IMG/VR virus record: IMGVR_UViG_3300044691_000355
Location: 1-64,000 of that record
DNA: 64,000 nucleotides
DNA from: a virus
Reading direction: 5' to 3' (one strand)
In this document: positions 53,674 to 62,433 of the stretch, one piece after another
Layout of the letters: each line of letters opens with the position of its first letter
How positions within the stretch are numbered: the first letter of the stretch is position 1
Made by a program: the position numbers and the translations under genes
Notes under the pieces: model-generated
Told to the model about the DNA's origin: nothing
Seen by the model: only the letters and a program-made list of their open reading frames with translations
The model's database searches: none

Positions 53674-54012
53674 TTGATACAAGAAGATTTACTCCGTGCG
53701 ATTTCGATTCGTCAGCCCTTGGTCGAGCTGATCCTGACGGGGGAGAAGGACATCGAATTCCGTTCACGCCCAACCAACATCCGCGAGCGCGTGTATCTGT
53801 ACGCCTCGCGCTCACTCACCACGGTGGATGGCTATCCAGAGGCCCAGGCGCAGCTACTTCCGCGCGGCCTGATCGTGGGCTCGGTCGAGATCATCGATTG
53901 CTTATGCGATGAAGAGGGCTGCGGCTACATTCTCGCGAGCCCCGTCCGCTATCTGAAACCATGGCGGCCACACGGCGTGCCACAGCCTTGCTTCTGGCGG
54001 CCTACGCGCTAG
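53674..54012 (+). CDS. ASCH domain protein
   Basis: AISIRQP...I..GEK.IE.RS..T..R..V.L.AS, PRG.IVG.V.I.DC; GGAGG RBS. Confidence 0.85.
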   Translation: MIQEDLLRAISIRQPLVELILTGEKDIEFRSRPTNIRERVYLYASRSLTTVDGYPEAQAQLLPRGLIVGSVEIIDCLCDEEGCGYILASPVRYLKPWRPHGVPQPCFWRPTR

Positions 54013-54778
54013 GGACTTCGATCCCAAACTCTTCGAGTAGCGCGGCTCCGTTCTGGTAGCGGTTCGCCTCCCAGCCTTTCGCCTTGATCAACGCATCGAC
54101 GGCATCGCCGGTCGCAAACACGAACACCAAATAGTTCTCTGACTCGCCCTTGCGCTTATTGGCCTCGGCGACCTTGGTGTATTTCTCGGAGATTTCCGCG
54201 AGGTGCGTGGCGAAGTCGGACAAGTCCTTGTCGCGGTTGTCGAACACCCCGGTGCCAAACATCTGCACCATGTCATTCTGCGTAAACCCTGCGCCCAGGA
54301 TCGACACTTCCGCATCGGAGAACACCGATTGCAGCAGGTCCAAGTCAAACGTGCCCATCGCCTGGGAGTTGTTCAACAGCACGTTCAATTCTTTTTCGCG
54401 CGCTGCCTCGACATCGATGACCGACACTTGCATCGTGTAGTCCTGCGTGCCCATCAGCGAATCCATGATCGAGATGCGCTGATGCCCGCCCACCAGATTG
54501 CCGGTGCGTTTATTCCACGTCACGGGGGCGACCAGGCCGTGGCGCTTGAGCGCGGCCTTCAACTTGTCGCGTTCCTGATCAGTGATCTTGCGCGGGTTGT
54601 ACGCGGCGGCCGTCAAGGTGGCGCGCGGCATCTCCTCGACGATGAAATTCTCAAGGCCTGCGGCTTTGAGCGAGGTGAACTTTTCCTTCACCGGCTTGCG
54701 CGGCTTGCTCGGCGTGGGCGGCGCATCGACGACCGGCGGCAGCACCTCGTTCAGCAGCACGTTGCCCTCGCCGCTCAT
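54002..54778 (-). CDS. ParB/Sulfiredoxin-like domain protein
   Basis: A.YNPRKI, GLV.P..WN.RTGNLVGGHQR, EKELN..LN. Confidence 0.88.
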   Translation of the reverse strand: MSGEGNVLLNEVLPPVVDAPPTPSKPRKPVKEKFTSLKAAGLENFIVEEMPRATLTAAAYNPRKITDQERDKLKAALKRHGLVAPVTWNKRTGNLVGGHQRISIMDSLMGTQDYTMQVSVIDVEAAREKELNVLLNNSQAMGTFDLDLLQSVFSDAEVSILGAGFTQNDMVQMFGTGVFDNRDKDLSDFATHLAEISEKYTKVAEANKRKGESENYLVFVFATGDAVDALIKAKGWEANRYQNGAALLEEFGIEVPSA

Positions 54779-55458
54779 GCGTGCCCCGTCTCGGGGAACC
54801 AGCGCTCGTGCAGCACCACGGTTTCGATGTACGGGAAGTATCCGCGCATGACTTCGTAATCCTCGCGATGATTGTGGTAGGCGTGTAAGATTTCGGAATT
54901 CATCAGCGAGAACCCGCCATTGTCGCCACGCCCCACGTCGGGGATCGGGATTTTGGCGGCCTTCAAGTACGACAGCACTTCCCATTTCAGCCAGTCCGAC
55001 AGCGGATGGATGACATCGGCCATCGTGTTTTTCTGATTCGACATGCGGCGGCGGCGAAAGATGCCGTCGGCTTTCTTCTCGCCATCGAGGATCAGCGTGG
55101 CCCCTGTGTCGGCCTTGATCCAGTTGTAGAGCGTGCGCCGGTCCAAGCTCGGCAGCGCATCCAGCTCAGGCAGCTCGTCGCAAAATAAACCGATGCGCAG
55201 AGCGTCGATGCCATCGGTCGAAGGGTATTTGCGGACGTTCAATCCATACCGCTCTTTGGCGAAGTAAATCTTCGACTCCTCGTGTTTCAGGCCTGGCACG
55301 AAGTAATAAAAATACGGGATGACGACTTTAAAAAACTTCACGGCGAGATCGAGGGTCGCGAGTGAATCCTTGCCGCCGGAGAAACCGACCGCCACGGTGC
55401 TGTGCGACTTGGCCAGCTCCGTCAATCGGTCGAAGGTTTCTTGCAGGTGCTCAGCCAC
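54775..55458 (-). CDS. PAPS-reductase-family (PP-loop) enzyme
   Basis: FSGGKDSL PP-loop, G.KKAD...RR, PL.DW...EV..Y. Confidence 0.85.
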   Translation of the reverse strand: MAEHLQETFDRLTELAKSHSTVAVGFSGGKDSLATLDLAVKFFKVVIPYFYYFVPGLKHEESKIYFAKERYGLNVRKYPSTDGIDALRIGLFCDELPELDALPSLDRRTLYNWIKADTGATLILDGEKKADGIFRRRRMSNQKNTMADVIHPLSDWLKWEVLSYLKAAKIPIPDVGRGDNGGFSLMNSEILHAYHNHREDYEVMRGYFPYIETVVLHERWFPETGHA

Positions 55459-55653
55459 CTAGAAACTCGACTTCGCCCCGCGCGAGGTGCGCCTGTTGCC
55501 TTTCATAGCTGCCCGGCGCGCCTTCAATTTGCCGCGCTTGGCTGCCTTTTTGCGCAAGGATGCCAAGGCCTGCGGCGTGAGGGGTGCGCCCGCGCGCTTG
55601 CCCCTGACGCCGTGCATCCGCCGGAGCACCGCGAAGCTCTTGGCGGATGCCAT
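55459..55653 (-). CDS. Small Arg/Lys-rich protein ending RGAKSSF
   Basis: 64 aa, no acidic residues; stop abuts the PAPS-reductase start. Confidence 0.7.
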   Translation of the reverse strand: MASAKSFAVLRRMHGVRGKRAGAPLTPQALASLRKKAAKRGKLKARRAAMKGNRRTSRGAKSSF

Positions 55654-55664
55654 GGGTCATCGCC

Positions 55665-55895
55665 TTAGTAGCTCGACTTCGCGCCGCGCGCCATCGAGCG
55701 CTTGCCTCGAAATCCTGCGCCCTTGCCCGACCGCACGAAGCCGCGTCGGCCGCCCTTGCCTGCGGCGCGCTTGCGGATCAGGTCGCCCAAGTTGCCCGTG
55801 GTGCGCGCGTTCTTCGCGCTGCGGGCCTGCGCGCCCTTGCTGATTTTGCGGGTGCCCGCCTTCTTCTTCGCTGCCTTTTTCTTCGCCTTCGCCAT
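55665..55895 (-). CDS. Small Lys/Arg-rich protein ending RGAKSSY
   Basis: MAKAKKKAAKKKAG...; GAGGA RBS. Confidence 0.7.
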   Translation of the reverse strand: MAKAKKKAAKKKAGTRKISKGAQARSAKNARTTGNLGDLIRKRAAGKGGRRGFVRSGKGAGFRGKRSMARGAKSSY

Positions 55896-56187
55896 AAATA
55901 AAATCCTCGGTGGGTGAATCAACAACGCCGACCGTTCGGCACGCGCACGCGCGCAAGACCTCAAAGAGGTTTTGGCCTCTTAAGAACCTTGTAGGCGTAA
56001 GAACTTGAGGTGTTTGCCGCGATTTGCAGCGATTGAGCCGGTGCCTGATGGGCGCAGCTCGCAAACATTGACGTATCAGGCGCGAAAGTACGCCATGTTG
56101 GACCCCAAATGCAAGCGGCTACCAAGCAAAACGCCCACGAATTTGTCTACCGAGACAATGTGCGATGCAGCACGCGAGTTGGTGGAG

Positions 56188-56673
56188 TCAAACGTAGCGC
56201 ACCGCCACGGGTGATTTTGCCAGTCGATAGCCCACCTCTTCGGCGTCGCGATTGTGCTGCACGTACCCGGCAAGGTGCGACTTGAGCAACTCCAGTTGCT
56301 TCCAATAATCGTGCTCAGGGATCGGGATCACCGGGGCCTTGATGCGCACTGGGATTTCCCGCCACACGTAGTGCGCGTCTTGAATCAGCCGCCAGACTTG
56401 ATTCGGCATCGAGTACCAGGCGCGGTGCACGAGCAGCCCCATGCCGCTGTACACCTCGGGCCAATTCTGGTTCACGACCCCCATGGTGGATGCGCCCTCG
56501 GCTTCCTCCTTGATCCGTCCCAGCGTGCATGCGAGTTTGCCCAGACGTTCACTCGGCTCCAGCATCGATGCCAGAGTGATGCCGTGAATCTTGCGACGCG
56601 TCTGCGCCCAAGCCTTACACCAAATATCCACCTCATCGTCTTTCCAGCGCACGGCGTTTCTCCCTGGCGACAC
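56188..56673 (-). CDS. Hypothetical protein, possible late regulator (Q position)
   Basis: Last early/middle gene before the late-operon gap; C..WA..R N-terminus. Confidence 0.5.
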   Translation of the reverse strand: MSPGRNAVRWKDDEVDIWCKAWAQTRRKIHGITLASMLEPSERLGKLACTLGRIKEEAEGASTMGVVNQNWPEVYSGMGLLVHRAWYSMPNQVWRLIQDAHYVWREIPVRIKAPVIPIPEHDYWKQLELLKSHLAGYVQHNRDAEEVGYRLAKSPVAVRYV

Positions 56674-56787
56674 TCAAGCAAACCGAACAAATAAACTTGC
56701 CGCGCACCAAGCGGCTATCGATGGCGCTGCGCGGATGGTGGCAGCGCGTGCAGATGCGCAGGAAAGTGATGCCGCGCGTGACGCCCG

Positions 56788-57330
56788 TCATCGCAGCCAC
56801 CGACGCATGGCATCGGGCGTCATGACCTCGGGCGGACGCACGGGCTGCGGCGCAGCGCCGACCACGCTGATGTCATCCAGTCTGAAAACCGGATACGGAG
56901 TTAGTGACGCGCGTGCAACCAGCAACTGCCGCGTGAGGCGAATCGCCGTGCCGTTCTTCACGAGCGCCTGATTGAAGCGCAGCACATGCCAGCCCAGGAG
57001 CGCCGCGTTCGCGTACTTGATGCAATCGGCCTCGAAGCCCACGAACGTGCAGTGACGGCCCAGGGCATAGGGCACGCCCTTGATGTAGCTCTTGCGCAGG
57101 CCCTCGATCTCCACGCCGACCTTCAACTCAGGCCACGCAAAATCCATTTTCCAGCGGCGGCTGTTATCGAATCGGAATTCGCGTACGCACGTCGGGAGTC
57201 GATAGCCCGCGTTGCAAACCTGCAACCAGAACATCTCCTCGCCCTTGGACTTCGCACGCGGTTGGCGCTTCGCCTTCGGGATGTTGGCCTTTGGAAATGC
57301 CGTGCGGGCCTGGGCGACGCTCATGCGCAT
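56788..57330 (-). CDS. PD-(D/E)xK endonuclease (DUF559/Vsr-like)
   Basis: REFRF..RRW..DFAWP..K..VEIEG, D..KY..A...GW.VLRF. Confidence 0.85.
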   Translation of the reverse strand: MRMSVAQARTAFPKANIPKAKRQPRAKSKGEEMFWLQVCNAGYRLPTCVREFRFDNSRRWKMDFAWPELKVGVEIEGLRKSYIKGVPYALGRHCTFVGFEADCIKYANAALLGWHVLRFNQALVKNGTAIRLTRQLLVARASLTPYPVFRLDDISVVGAAPQPVRPPEVMTPDAMRRWLR

Positions 57331-57491
57331 CAGAACCCCATCCGATTTTCGAGGAGCGTTACCAGCCGCTCCAACAATTCACGCACCTGCTCTAACCGCG
57401 TGTCGATGCTCGCGAGCACCTCCAGGCTTTGCAGTTGAATCCGCGCGGATACGATGGCCGCTTCGACTGGAGTATGCGGATCGTCCATCAT
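57330..57491 (-). CDS. Small coiled-coil protein
   Basis: Coupled overlaps on both sides. Confidence 0.5.
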   Translation of the reverse strand: MMDDPHTPVEAAIVSARIQLQSLEVLASIDTRLEQVRELLERLVTLLENRMGF

Positions 57492-57643
57492 GGACGGCGT
57501 CGCTTACCGCTAAGCTTGCGTTGCCAGGCGACTCCGGCTTTCCAAAACGGCCAGCATCCAAACCAGGCGGAGGGCTCGATCCGGTTCTTGCGCATGTACG
57601 CCTCGAAGGCCTTGCGGGAACTGATAGGCGGGATTCTCGTCAT
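57488..57643 (-). CDS. Small hypothetical protein
   Basis: GGAG RBS; AFEAY..W..WKAG..W. Confidence 0.5.
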   Translation of the reverse strand: MTRIPPISSRKAFEAYMRKNRIEPSAWFGCWPFWKAGVAWQRKLSGKRRRP

Positions 57644-57656
57644 CGGTTTTCTCCAG

Positions 57657-57968
57657 TTACTTCCGTATCGCTGTGCGCCGTCCCTTGCGCTGTCTTGATG
57701 GGGCGCATGGCGCTACCTGAACCTTCGCGTAACCACGCTCGAAGGCGTCGCCCCAAGTCTGCCGCTCGACACCGTAGCGGGCCTTGGGGTTGATGAACTC
57801 TTCGGTGAGCCCATTCGCGAGGATGAAAGCTCCGATACGCTGCTCGCGTTCCTCGGGAGTCGTGACCCCACGGAATAGATCAACGCCAAACGCGCGAAAT
57901 ATTCTTTCGTGGAAATAGTCATCGACCGCCATGCGCGCGAACAGCGCCTCATTGCTCGGGCCAGACAT
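57657..57968 (-). CDS. Hypothetical protein
   Basis: Operon context. Confidence 0.5.
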   Translation of the reverse strand: MSGPSNEALFARMAVDDYFHERIFRAFGVDLFRGVTTPEEREQRIGAFILANGLTEEFINPKARYGVERQTWGDAFERGYAKVQVAPCAPSRQRKGRRTAIRK

Positions 57969-58686
57969 CAGCGTCATCGAAGAAGTTTGCGGCGGCTTCG
58001 GTCTCGGCAGGCGAGGCTTCCCAAAAGATGCCATCTTTCGGCCGGAACTGCGCATCCTCGATGCTGCCTGACACTTCGAGCGGTGGCACATTGGGCGCAA
58101 CTAGCAAGCCGGTCTTCTGCGCCGCAATCTTTTTCGCAAGGCCGGTCTGTTCATTGATGCCGCCGCGTGTCGCGATGCGCTTGAACATCGCCATGACTCG
58201 CGCGTGGCGTTCCGTATCGGCGAACATCTCGGCGACGGTGACGCGTGTGACGGTGAAGTCATCGCGCGTGATGCACACGGCCGACAGCGCGGAGTTGCGT
58301 TGCTTATCGACCCACCACTCCCGGAAATCATATTCCCAGGGGGCTGCGATCTCGCGCGGTGTCAGATGCAGCCGATCCATCGCGTAGGCGCAGAGCTGCT
58401 CTTGCAGTGAGGCAATCGGCTTCTCACCGGGCGGCGCGTCCTGCACGGCATTGGGTCCAACCCGGCGCAGCTCGCGGTGCAGGTTCCACACCTGCGGCAC
58501 GTTCGGCATCTTCTCAGGCCCGTCCTCGGATAACGCCCGCTCCATCACGCGCCCGAGCTGCACGAGGGTGAGCTTCTGCAATCCGATCCAGTACGCCTCG
58601 ATTCGATCAGGCGAGGGGAAGTCCCCGTATGCGCCGAAGAATTTACGCATCTGCGAATTGAATTCATCGCGGTCATTGCTTTGCAC
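57949..58686 (-). CDS. Replication-associated protein (helicase-loader position)
   Basis: GGAGG RBS, GTG at 58686; follows the initiator; YW..L..L...MP motif. Confidence 0.55.
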   Translation of the reverse strand: MQSNDRDEFNSQMRKFFGAYGDFPSPDRIEAYWIGLQKLTLVQLGRVMERALSEDGPEKMPNVPQVWNLHRELRRVGPNAVQDAPPGEKPIASLQEQLCAYAMDRLHLTPREIAAPWEYDFREWWVDKQRNSALSAVCITRDDFTVTRVTVAEMFADTERHARVMAMFKRIATRGGINEQTGLAKKIAAQKTGLLVAPNVPPLEVSGSIEDAQFRPKDGIFWEASPAETEAAANFFDDADVWPEQ

Positions 58687-59689
58687 GTTCGGCCTCCTCC
58701 GCTTCGTCCGCTTCGAGTTGTGCCAAGGTCTTCGCCACGCGCGGTGCTGGTTTGCCTGCGCGCTTCTCGGGGATCGTCCAGGGCATCGACCAGGGCCGGT
58801 CATCGGCGTGAAAGAATTTCGATGGGTTCATGACGAACGCGCCGGTCCCCTGCACGTAGAGCTTGTAACGCATCACGGCGGCGTAGAGTTCCGCCCACGT
58901 GGCGAGGCCATCGTCCACCAGCTTGCTCGCGAATCTCTCGGCTCCGATCCAATCGACGCGCCCGCCGCCGTCCGGGTAGTCGGCTCGACACATGCTCCAC
59001 CTGCGCTTGCGCTCGATCTCGGAGTTGAGCTGCGGGACGTGCGGGATCGCGGCCGTCGGGAAATCATCCCATCCGCTCGATGCACCGTGCCCGTTCTGTA
59101 ACGCCGTTACATCGCCGTTACCGGGAGGGGGTCTCTTCTCTTCCTCTTTTCTTTTGTCTTTTTCTTTCTTAAGGTCTGGGTCTGGGTCTACCACTTTAGT
59201 AACGGTGGTTTCTGACTTTGTAACGGTGCTAGTCTCTGTTACATGAGCGTTACCGCCGACCTTTTTCTTGGCCCTGAAATTCGCTACGCGCGCGTTACTC
59301 TTGGCGGTGGCATTCTTCTTTGCAATCAAGGAGTTCTTTTCGCAATAGCCCGGCAGTGTCAGTGTCCCATCGTCGAGTTCGTCCACCCAGTCACGCGAGA
59401 TGACATCAAAGAATCCGGCGATTCCGACCAACGCATCGAGCGCGGCGGCCTGCATCGGTAACGAATTATCTTTGCGCAAATGCACGTCGGCGTATTTCCA
59501 CAGCGTTACAACACCCCCGGTAATGGCGTTACATTGGAAGCGCAATTGGTCCCCCGGCGAGAGCGGGCGTTCACCCTGCGGTGTGATTTCCATGACGGTG
59601 TAGCGCTTGGTCAGCTCCTGCGCCGCGTTCAACAGGCGCGGGTCCTCGGCCATATCCTTGTCGAACTTGATGTAGCCGCCACGCTTCAT
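58673..59689 (-). CDS. Putative replication initiator (O-like)
   Basis: N-terminal YIK...DP, R...FR.KK, repetitive VT linker, KEK patch, C-terminal Y...FVMNPSKFF..W domain; downstream of cro. Confidence 0.7.
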   Translation of the reverse strand: MKRGGYIKFDKDMAEDPRLLNAAQELTKRYTVMEITPQGERPLSPGDQLRFQCNAITGGVVTLWKYADVHLRKDNSLPMQAAALDALVGIAGFFDVISRDWVDELDDGTLTLPGYCEKNSLIAKKNATAKSNARVANFRAKKKVGGNAHVTETSTVTKSETTVTKVVDPDPDLKKEKDKRKEEEKRPPPGNGDVTALQNGHGASSGWDDFPTAAIPHVPQLNSEIERKRRWSMCRADYPDGGGRVDWIGAERFASKLVDDGLATWAELYAAVMRYKLYVQGTGAFVMNPSKFFHADDRPWSMPWTIPEKRAGKPAPRVAKTLAQLEADEAEEAERAKQ

Positions 59690-59842
59690 GGCAGCAGTAC
59701 CGGCTTTCGGCTACTTTTTTCCCACGCGAAGATTTGATACAGTTTCCTGTACCACCCATGGGGCAAGTTGAACAGGAGGTACAGCGTGATGGATTTTCCT
59801 TCGCCGCCCACGCGACAATCAGAAGCTGATCGAGCAGATCGG

Positions 59843-60088
59843 TTACTTGGCCCGGTGTCGCGCGGCGCGACTTTGCCGCTCTTGCTTCATCCGCAGTCGC
59901 TGCATGCGCAGGCGCGTGTAGTGCAAGGGCTTTACTTGCAGCGCGCCATCCGTGATCGTTTGAAGTTTGTAGGCGTGCCCCTCGGGCACCAATTTCGGCC
60001 ACATCCAAACACCCTGCTTGGAAATGCCGACCGCTTTACCGACCGCCTCTAGGGTTCCAAAATGAGCGTGTGCATCGGACTTCAACAT
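59843..60088 (-). CDS. cro: Cro-like repressor
   Basis: KSDA.AHFG....V.KA.GISKQ.V..W...VPE..A..LQ.IT.G.L. Confidence 0.85.
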   Translation of the reverse strand: MLKSDAHAHFGTLEAVGKAVGISKQGVWMWPKLVPEGHAYKLQTITDGALQVKPLHYTRLRMQRLRMKQERQSRAARHRAK

Positions 60089-60141
60089 GGCCCGGACGGT
60101 ACAGCTTGTGATACCAGCAAGTCAAGACTAATGTACGCAAC

Positions 60142-60444
60142 ATGGGGTACAATGCTGTGATGCCAGAAGAAACGATAGGGCAAAGAATTCGCATCCGACG
60201 CGAATCCATGCGCCTCACCCAGACTGACCTCGCCGAAGCCGTCGGTGTGACGAAGACGGCGGTGTCAGCCTGGGAGACGGGCTATGCTGAGAATATCAGG
60301 CTGCACACCTTCGGGATGCTGTGCAAGGTGCTGGCCGTGAACTATGAGTATCTGATCTGGGGGGCGGACCGCAACAAGAGCGGGCAACCGCCCCCGGTGG
60401 TTCCGGTGGCTCGGAGGCGGAAGAAGTCTCCGCCCACCAATTGA
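60142..60444 (+). CDS. CI-like XRE repressor (no S24 peptidase domain)
   Basis: IGQRIR.RR...LTQ.DLA..VGV...AVS.WE.G; divergent from cro. Confidence 0.85.
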   Translation: MGYNAVMPEETIGQRIRIRRESMRLTQTDLAEAVGVTKTAVSAWETGYAENIRLHTFGMLCKVLAVNYEYLIWGADRNKSGQPPPVVPVARRRKKSPPTN

Positions 60445-60844
60445 CATAAATAACGTTCTCGATCTGCTTTGTTGGCGGCAACTTAAACATTTCCGGTGAT
60501 TCCCTTACGGGTTGCGTTTCTTCATGCAATCGCCAACTACTCCCTTCCAACCGGCAATTGCGACGTGCGAGATTTTTACCTCGTATGACCGTTCGATGCC
60601 TTGATTTTTAAACTACAGCCCCTCCCTTTAAGCTCTGACGCTCAAACTGGGTCGGTAACGATTCCATACCATAATACTCCTCGTCTGTGCGGTAGCGTAC
60701 ATTAAGATGTACTTGCGCCTTTCCCCGACAGCCCGGTGCTAATTCGGCGTTCCAAGTTCAACATGGTGGACAAGAAGTCCAATTAGTTGTACTCTAGGCA
60801 CTTCCTCAAGGGTCTCATGGACCCTATCACGGGAGTGCCTAAAA

Positions 60845-61099
60845 GTGTACGTCTATCTACCGAACCCTTGCGCGACCCACGCCAGCAACGCGCGCTTCAC
60901 CGTCGGCTTCTTCGATCCCTTTGGGGCCTGGCGACCGGAAAGCGATTACCCCTCTGCGGAGGCAGCCTCGCAGCGCGTGCACTTCATGAACGGCGGCGCG
61001 GGTAAACGCACCCTGAATGGGATTCGCGCGCTCGAATTCCACTTCCACGCACAGCAGGCAGACGGCCACGCCCCTGCCATCGTGGCGGCGGGACCATGA
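60845..61099 (+). CDS. Hypothetical protein
   Basis: TVGF.DP.G.W.PESD....EAA..RV.F.NGG motif; GGAG RBS. Confidence 0.65.
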   Translation: MYVYLPNPCATHASNARFTVGFFDPFGAWRPESDYPSAEAASQRVHFMNGGAGKRTLNGIRALEFHFHAQQADGHAPAIVAAGP

Positions 61100-61282
61100 G
61101 AAAGAAACACGGCGTTGCAACCCCGGAAGAAACGCGCCTGATGAATGAGTGGCAGGCGCGGCACGATGCGGCCATGAAGGATCACGCGCTACGGCGGCAA
61201 CGCGAGGCTTCCGGCCTGCCTGATAAAGACTTTTCGGTGCATCGGCTCAACGGCGATCCGGTGCCCTCAACGTAATCCAAGT

Positions 61283-61310
61283 TTGACGTAGTACGTGAAA
61301 CCTGTATAAT
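61283..61310 (+). promoter_or_regulatory. Sigma70-type promoter of the recombination operon
   Basis: TTGACG-16 nt-TATAAT. Confidence 0.7.
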
Positions 61311-61350
61311 GTCTTTGGGTCTATTTCAATCAACGCGAGAGGACATCTAA

Positions 61351-62433
61351 ATGAGCGTCGAACGACGGGACATGGAATTGGAGACCAGCACGCAAGACTC
61401 CCCGATGGCGATGGCCATTATCAGCGCCACCATGAAGGCGGAGCTTGACCAGCAAATTGTGACGGCGCGCGCCAATCCGCGCAGCATCAAACACTTCGTG
61501 ACGGAGTGCATGGACTTGGCGTGTCTCTCGGAAGAGGTGGCGAGTGAGTGCTACTTCGTACTGCCCAGAGCGAAAAAGAATATCGAAGGCCCCGCCGTTC
61601 GGCTCGCTGAGATTGTGCAGTACGCGTGGGGCAATTCCCAATCTGGTTCCCAGGTCATCGATGAGGGGGAGGAGTTCGTCACGGCACAAGGCGTCTTCTA
61701 CGACATGGAGCGCAACAACCGCGTTACCGCCATCGTCAAGCGGCGCATCATCGATAAGGACGGGCATCGCTTCAATATCGACATGATCGGGGTCACCGGC
61801 ATGGCGGCGTGCAGTATCGCGCGGCGCAACGCCATTTTTCAGGGCATCCCTAAAGCGCTGTGGAACAACATTTATCTGGCTGTGCGCAAGTGCGCGGCGG
61901 GCAATATCAAGTCCCTCGTCACCAATCGCACGGAGGCCTTGAACTATCTTGCGCGCAAGGGCGTGACCGAGGCGGTGGTGATCGCGGCATTGGGTGTCGG
62001 CGGCATCGAGGACATCGGCTTAGATGAGCTGGCGACCATTCGCGGCATGATCACGGCAATCAAGGATGAGGGCGTCACCATCGAGGATGCGTTCGCGCCG
62101 AAAGAGGCGGCGGTGGGCAAGCCCAGGACTGCGGAGCCCAAGGCGAGGACCAGCGCGAAGACCACGGACCCAGACGCCTTCAAAGTCGAGCGCGAGCCCG
62201 GCACGGATGATGAGCCGCCCCCGCCCGCCGGTCGCGTGCGGGCTCGCACGCAAGATGCCCAGCCTGTGGTGACTGCCTCGCAGCGCGGCAAGCTTGAGGC
62301 CAAGGCCACGGCTGAGGGGATCGATATCAAGGCGCTGTGCACACATTTCCGAGTGGAGGTTTTAGATGACTTGCCTCAATACCAGTACGCGGCGGCATAC
62401 ACCTGGCTTGGAAGTGTCGCAGCCCCTGCTTGA
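61351..62433 (+). CDS. Putative single-strand annealing/recombination protein
   Basis: Q...A...PR...Y.LPR....IEGP.VRLAE....WGN; adjacent to the exonuclease. Confidence 0.6.
   Translation: MSVERRDMELETSTQDSPMAMAIISATMKAELDQQIVTARANPRSIKHFVTECMDLACLSEEVASECYFVLPRAKKNIEGPAVRLAEIVQYAWGNSQSGSQVIDEGEEFVTAQGVFYDMERNNRVTAIVKRRIIDKDGHRFNIDMIGVTGMAACSIARRNAIFQGIPKALWNNIYLAVRKCAAGNIKSLVTNRTEALNYLARKGVTEAVVIAALGVGGIEDIGLDELATIRGMITAIKDEGVTIEDAFAPKEAAVGKPRTAEPKARTSAKTTDPDAFKVEREPGTDDEPPPPAGRVRARTQDAQPVVTASQRGKLEAKATAEGIDIKALCTHFRVEVLDDLPQYQYAAAYTWLGSVAAPA

Noticed and set aside
54002-55458. Complete Dnd/Ssp phosphorothioation system or sulfate-assimilation cysH
   Set aside because: No Fe-S cysteine motifs, cysteine desulfurase or ATPase partner in the window.
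41862-55653. TAG recoding or readthrough suggested by in-frame TAG-GTG junctions at 42573 and 55459
   Set aside because: Core genes are unbroken under code 11, similar in-frame TAA-ATG junctions occur in the neck genes, and no suppressor tRNA is present; tight packing explains it.
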